Positions 59,834-64,000 of a stretch of 64,000 nt of DNA are shown piece after piece. The DNA comes from Bacteroidales bacterium. Lineage in GTDB: Bacteria > Bacteroidota > Bacteroidia > Bacteroidales > VadinHA17. Under the pieces are notes generated by a model. The model saw only the letters and a list, made by a program, of their open reading frames with translations, had not been told where the DNA came from and made no database searches. Position 1 is the first letter of the stretch; every line of letters begins with the position of its first letter. The DNA is taken from positions 24,277 through 88,276 of the forward strand of contig JBNGDI010000005.1 of the NCBI GenBank assembly GCA_049975425.1. The letters run 5' to 3'. Both the position numbers and the translations under genes were made by a program.

Positions 59834-62800
59834 TTATGAAACAGGTTCCCGGTAAGGGAAAAACACCCTGAAGGTAGAGCCTTTCCCCTCTTCGGTATCC
59901 ACGGTAATCTCTCCACCCATGCTCTTCACTATGCCATGTGTTACCGAAAGACCCAGGCCGGTCCCCTCTCCCACCGGTTTGGTGGTGAAGAACGGTTCAA
60001 AGATTCTCGGTACCACATCGGGTGGCATACCCGTTCCCTCATCACGCACTACGAGCATGAGGTATTTACCGTCAGGCAACTGTACATGTTTATCCAGCTC
60101 CGGATGCCCGGGTTCTATCCAGTCAAGGGCAATAGCCATCACACCACCATTCTTTCCCATGGAGTATGCTGCATTGGTACACAGGTTCATCACCACCTGC
60201 TGTAGCTGGGTAGGATCTCCTGCCAGAGGAGGACAGTCGCCTGCAATGCGCGATCTGATCTTGATTTTCGGACTCAGCGAGGGTTTGATCATTTCGATCG
60301 ATTCCCTTACTATCCGGTCGAAATGAACCGGTTCCATCCGGTGGTCGACCTGCCGGCTGAAGGTCAGAATCTTATTCACCAGGTCCTTGCCCCGCTGGGA
60401 AGCTTTCATGATCTGCTCCAGGTCACGGTGAGCACCCGACTCTTCAGATAATTCCTTATTTAACATATCGGTATATCCCATGATTGTGCCCAGGATATTG
60501 TTGAAATCGTGTGCTATTCCTCCGGCCAGGGTACCGATGGTCTCCATTTTCTGCACCTGCCTCAGCTGTGTTTCCAGTTTCGATTCCCTGGTAATATCCC
60601 TTTTAACCGCCACATAGTTCACCACTACTCCGCTTTCGTTCCTCACCGGCGAAATGGTGGCATATTCCTCGAAAAGGCTTCCGTCCTTTTTCCTGTTTAC
60701 AATTTTTCCTTTCCACACTTTCCCACGGCTTATGGTTTCCCAGAGTTCAGCATAGAATTCTTCAGATTGTTTACCGCTTTTCAGTATTCCGGGTGTTTTG
60801 CCGGTGACTTCATTCCGGGAATAACCGGTAACCTGTTCAAAAGCCGGATTAACATACAGGATGATTCCTTCACGGTCAGTGATCATAACGGTCTCTGCCG
60901 ATTGCTCAATGGCCGTAATCAGCCTTCGTTGTTCCTCCCCGGCTTTTTTCTTTTCGGAGATGTCCCGTACGATGGCCTGAATATAATCTTCTCCTTTCAG
61001 GCGCACGGTATTCAGGCTGACTTCCGCAAAGAAATCAGATCCGTCTGCCCGCAGGTGTATCCACTCGAAATACTGCGGACCTTTCCGGATGGTATTTTTC
61101 ATTTTTTCATAGGAAGAGGTAGTGGATGCTCTCCCGTCGGGCTGTTGCGGCGGCGAAAAGCCGGCTGGTTCCATACCCAGGAATTCATTTTTGGAAAAAC
61201 CGAACATGCGAAGTGACTCCTGGTTGCAATCAAAGACCTTTCCGTCTTTCAACAGGAAAATAGCATCGTTGGCCGTTTCAAAAATGGTCCGGTAGCGTGC
61301 TTCGCTGTCACGCAACCGTTCTTCATTATGTTTCCGGATAATAATGGAGCTTACCTGCCCGCCAAGCCGGTAAAACCGGTCGACTTCCTCCTTCTCATAG
61401 GGTTTCCCGCGTGAATGGACCATAACACCCACCGGTTCGTTCTCTATGTATAGCGGAATAACCAGAACCGCCATGATGTCAAGCGCTTTCTTTATTTTCC
61501 TGAGCTTACTTTTAGGGAGTGCTTCCAGGAAATAAGAAGATATGATTTTCAGGATAACCTCTTCTTCGGTAATCCGGGCCGGTTTCTTTTTATTCAGCGC
61601 ACCCAGGAAAGGGTGGGATGATTTCAGAGGAATGCGCACCAGATGCGTGTTTGCCGGAGGTTTTACACCGGCTGTGGCAGCCACATCCCGGGCGTCTATT
61701 CCCATATATCCGGATACCAGCTCATGGTGGTTTTCTGATAGCATAAAAACACCCACTCCGTTCCCGGAAAAAATCTTCCGGGTTTTTCTGGAAAGCATGC
61801 CCAGAATTTGTTTCAGGGTCTTACCCTTGTTCACAGCATTGTTCAGATCATTGATCAGGCTCAGGTCTTCGGTCTGTTTCCTGATCATGACCTCCGCTTT
61901 TTTGCGGTCGGTGATATCCCTGAACACCCCTCCCAGCATAAATCCCCTGGATGATTTGATGGGGAACACCGATAACTGTATAAACAGTTTTTCCCCGTCT
62001 CTGAGGATTTCCTTTTCTTCTATGCGGTAAAACCAGTCGGCTTTACCGGTTGCCAGGGCTTTTTCAATCAATTCCCTGTACTTTGCAGCATTGCCGTCAA
62101 CTCCCACCAGCCGGTTGATGTCTTCCTGCAGGTCCCATATATACCGGTGAAGCACCTGCTCCCGCCTGATGCCGGTCAGCAACGCACTTCCGGGATTCCA
62201 CTCCACCACCCTGCCCGATTCATCAACAATGACAATCCCTTCAGGGGTTTGTTCAACAAAGCTTTTAAATTTCATTTCCGAAATGCGCAGGGCTTCCTCT
62301 GTCTTTTTCCGGCTGGTAATGTCCCTGAGAACAACCAGTTCGGCATTTTTCCCCTGAAATCGGGTAAGACCGACACTCACTTCCATCAGAAGTACCGTCC
62401 CGTCCTTCTTTTGCAGGACGGTTTCATACAGACTTGGAATACCCGGTTCCTTATTCCTCATGTGGTACATTTCCATCACTTTTTTACGGTAACCGGGATG
62501 GATGAACCGTTCAAAAGGCTGTTCCATCACCTCCTCCATGGAATAACCCGATAGATCCAGCAGGTGGCTGTTGGCAAAAACCACCTTCCCGGAAACCAGG
62601 ATAACAATCCCGTCACGGGCTTTTTCAACCACTGTACGATATTTTTCCTCGCTTTCCCTCAGGGCCTGCTCGGCTCTTTTCTTCTCGGTGATATCCACCG
62701 TATTGACCACCGTATGGGTAATCTCTCCCTTTTTGTTCTTGTACGGAAAGAAAGATACTTCAAAACAGCGCAACCCGTCCCTGGGAGTTTCAAACCATGC

Positions 62801-63436
62801 CTGGTAATGTATCTCTTTGTTTGCAAACGACTGGTCAAGATTTTTCTTGATCTCCCTGTGGAAATTTTCTTCTCCCCATATTTCGGATAGTTTCTTTCCT
62901 ATGATCTCTTCACGTACCAGGTTGTGGGCCGAGCAGAAGGCATTGTTAATGGCTTCATAGGCATAATCACGGTTTACCAGCGAAAGGAAATTGCGGGAAC
63001 TGTTCACGATAAAATCATACCGGCTTTTGATCTCTTCGGCGGTTCTGCGATGTTCCTTTTCCGACTTTTCTTCCAGGGCCCGTTGAATGGAGGGGATCAA
63101 CCGGGCAAAATGGCTTTTCAGCACATAATCGGTAGCCCCCCTTTTAAGCGTTTCGATGGCCAGCTCCTCACCGATGTTCCCCGATACAATGATAAAAGGC
63201 GTGGTAGGCGCCTTTTCACGGGCCATTTCCAGTGCCGACATCCCGTCGAAGGCAGGGAGGGCATAATCGGAAAAGATGATATCAAAATGATCCGTTTCCA
63301 GGGCTTTTACATAATCCTCGCGGGTTTTAACATGCACCAGGTCGAAATCGATATTTCCCTTTTGCAGGGCGGAAGTGAATATCTGTACGTCGAAATCGCT
63401 GTCTTCCAGATACAGAAAGTGAAAAGGGTTATCCAT
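59834..63436 (-). CDS. soluble hybrid sensor kinase: N-terminal receiver, multiple PAS, GAF-like region, HisKA/HATPase
   Basis: Receiver FLYLEDSDFDV...FSDYALPAFDG...VLKS. PAS junctions DITEKKRAEQAL, DITSRKKTEEAL, DITDRKKAE, DISEKKKAGEE. H-box GGIAHDFNNIL. G-box GEGTGLGLSVTHGIV. No transmembrane segment seen. Confidence 0.85.
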   Translation of the reverse strand: MDNPFHFLYLEDSDFDVQIFTSALQKGNIDFDLVHVKTREDYVKALETDHFDIIFSDYALPAFDGMSALEMAREKAPTTPFIIVSGNIGEELAIETLKRGATDYVLKSHFARLIPSIQRALEEKSEKEHRRTAEEIKSRYDFIVNSSRNFLSLVNRDYAYEAINNAFCSAHNLVREEIIGKKLSEIWGEENFHREIKKNLDQSFANKEIHYQAWFETPRDGLRCFEVSFFPYKNKKGEITHTVVNTVDITEKKRAEQALRESEEKYRTVVEKARDGIVILVSGKVVFANSHLLDLSGYSMEEVMEQPFERFIHPGYRKKVMEMYHMRNKEPGIPSLYETVLQKKDGTVLLMEVSVGLTRFQGKNAELVVLRDITSRKKTEEALRISEMKFKSFVEQTPEGIVIVDESGRVVEWNPGSALLTGIRREQVLHRYIWDLQEDINRLVGVDGNAAKYRELIEKALATGKADWFYRIEEKEILRDGEKLFIQLSVFPIKSSRGFMLGGVFRDITDRKKAEVMIRKQTEDLSLINDLNNAVNKGKTLKQILGMLSRKTRKIFSGNGVGVFMLSENHHELVSGYMGIDARDVAATAGVKPPANTHLVRIPLKSSHPFLGALNKKKPARITEEEVILKIISSYFLEALPKSKLRKIKKALDIMAVLVIPLYIENEPVGVMVHSRGKPYEKEEVDRFYRLGGQVSSIIIRKHNEERLRDSEARYRTIFETANDAIFLLKDGKVFDCNQESLRMFGFSKNEFLGMEPAGFSPPQQPDGRASTTSSYEKMKNTIRKGPQYFEWIHLRADGSDFFAEVSLNTVRLKGEDYIQAIVRDISEKKKAGEEQRRLITAIEQSAETVMITDREGIILYVNPAFEQVTGYSRNEVTGKTPGILKSGKQSEEFYAELWETISRGKVWKGKIVNRKKDGSLFEEYATISPVRNESGVVVNYVAVKRDITRESKLETQLRQVQKMETIGTLAGGIAHDFNNILGTIMGYTDMLNKELSEESGAHRDLEQIMKASQRGKDLVNKILTFSRQVDHRMEPVHFDRIVRESIEMIKPSLSPKIKIRSRIAGDCPPLAGDPTQLQQVVMNLCTNAAYSMGKNGGVMAIALDWIEPGHPELDKHVQLPDGKYLMLVVRDEGTGMPPDVVPRIFEPFFTTKPVGEGTGLGLSVTHGIVKSMGGEITVDTEEGKGSTFRVFFPYREPVS

Positions 63437-63533
63437 ATTTACAAAATCATGTTTTCACAATTGTCAGCCATTTTCTGAACCGCAACAACCGGTGTTTTCC
63501 GGTAAGCAGGTTTTAATAAATATTCCCCGGGGA

Positions 63534-64000
63534 TCATCCGGAGGCCAGGTTGAAATAAAATACGGCTCCTTCCCCTTCTTTTCCTTCGGCCCAGATTTTG
63601 CCTCCGTGCCGCTGTATGATCTTTTTTGCGTGGGCCAGTCCGATTCCGGTCCCTTCAAATTCATCATCCAGGTGCAGTCGCTGGAACACACCGAAAATCC
63701 TTTCGGCGTATTTCATCCGGAATCCCACACCGTTGTCTTTTACATAATAAACCGTGCGTCCGTCGATTATTTTTTTTCCCACGGAAATCACCGCCTTTTC
63801 TTCCTTTCCGGTATATTTTACCGCGTTTGAAATCAAATTGTACACCACCTGCCGCAGGAGGGAGGGGTCGGCAACCACTTCCCCCAGAGGTTCGATCTCC
63901 CAATGGATGTTTCTGTCGCGGGTTTCAGGTAAAAATTCGTTGATCACTTCAGTAAACAACAGGTTCAGATTGAAACGAATAAGGTGCAGTTCCGACCGCC
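63534..64000 (-). CDS. sensor histidine kinase, C-terminal HATPase portion (5' end beyond the right window edge)
   Basis: LRQVVYNLISNAVKYT (N-box), VKDNGVGF, GTGIGLAHAKKIIQRHGG (G-box). The reading frame stays open to position 64000, and the track start 63959 is an internal TTG. Confidence 0.8.
   Translation of the reverse strand, partial: RSELHLIRFNLNLLFTEVINEFLPETRDRNIHWEIEPLGEVVADPSLLRQVVYNLISNAVKYTGKEEKAVISVGKKIIDGRTVYYVKDNGVGFRMKYAERIFGVFQRLHLDDEFEGTGIGLAHAKKIIQRHGGKIWAEGKEGEGAVFYFNLASG

Overview
This window reads as a chromosomal fragment of a Bacteroidota-type genome. The markers are a SusC/SusD pair, a hybrid two-component PUL regulator, T9SS type-A and type-B C-terminal sorting domains, and a TAnnTTTG-like promoter box. 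All product calls come from reading motifs in the translations; no database search was possible.

Content, left to right:
1. A tightly packed minus-strand aromatic amino-acid operon: aminotransferase, DAHP synthase/chorismate mutase, aroB, aroA, aroC. The aroB/aroA and aroA/aroC junctions are ATGA stop/start overlaps. It is preceded by what I read as tandem Tyr/Phe-codon leader-peptide attenuators.
2. nth, translationally coupled to a NifS-like::SelD fusion.
3. A 1189-aa soluble PAS/GAF hybrid kinase coupled to a small secreted papain-fold protein, followed by an SDR.
4. A surface-protein operon: DUF6702-like protein, FN3-rich T9SS type-B cargo, TPR protein.
5. A divergent aroQ/xerD pair.
6. 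An AT-rich gap holding a 4 x 12-bp array of the 8-bp palindrome CTACGTAG. The same array recurs at 57.1 kb.
7. A complete arabinan PUL (GH2, GH127/146, GH51, GH43, SusD, SusC, HTCS), contiguous with an L-arabinose catabolic operon (SSS transporter, araA, Nudix-type AraR, araD, araB).
8. Housekeeping genes rlmN, ppdK and secA.
9. A BNR/PKD T9SS type-A protein, ferritin and icd.
10. A PAS-rich phosphorelay cluster that runs off the right edge.

I recognised no rRNA, tRNA, CRISPR, transposase, phage or defence genes.

The most novel-looking signals are non-coding: the tandem aromatic leader attenuators (5441-5740), the two CTACGTAG arrays (19748-19791 and 57139-57182), a GC-rich structured island at 57225-57375, and an 807-bp ORF-free gap upstream of the ara operon. 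The NifS::SelD fusion is the most unusual protein architecture.
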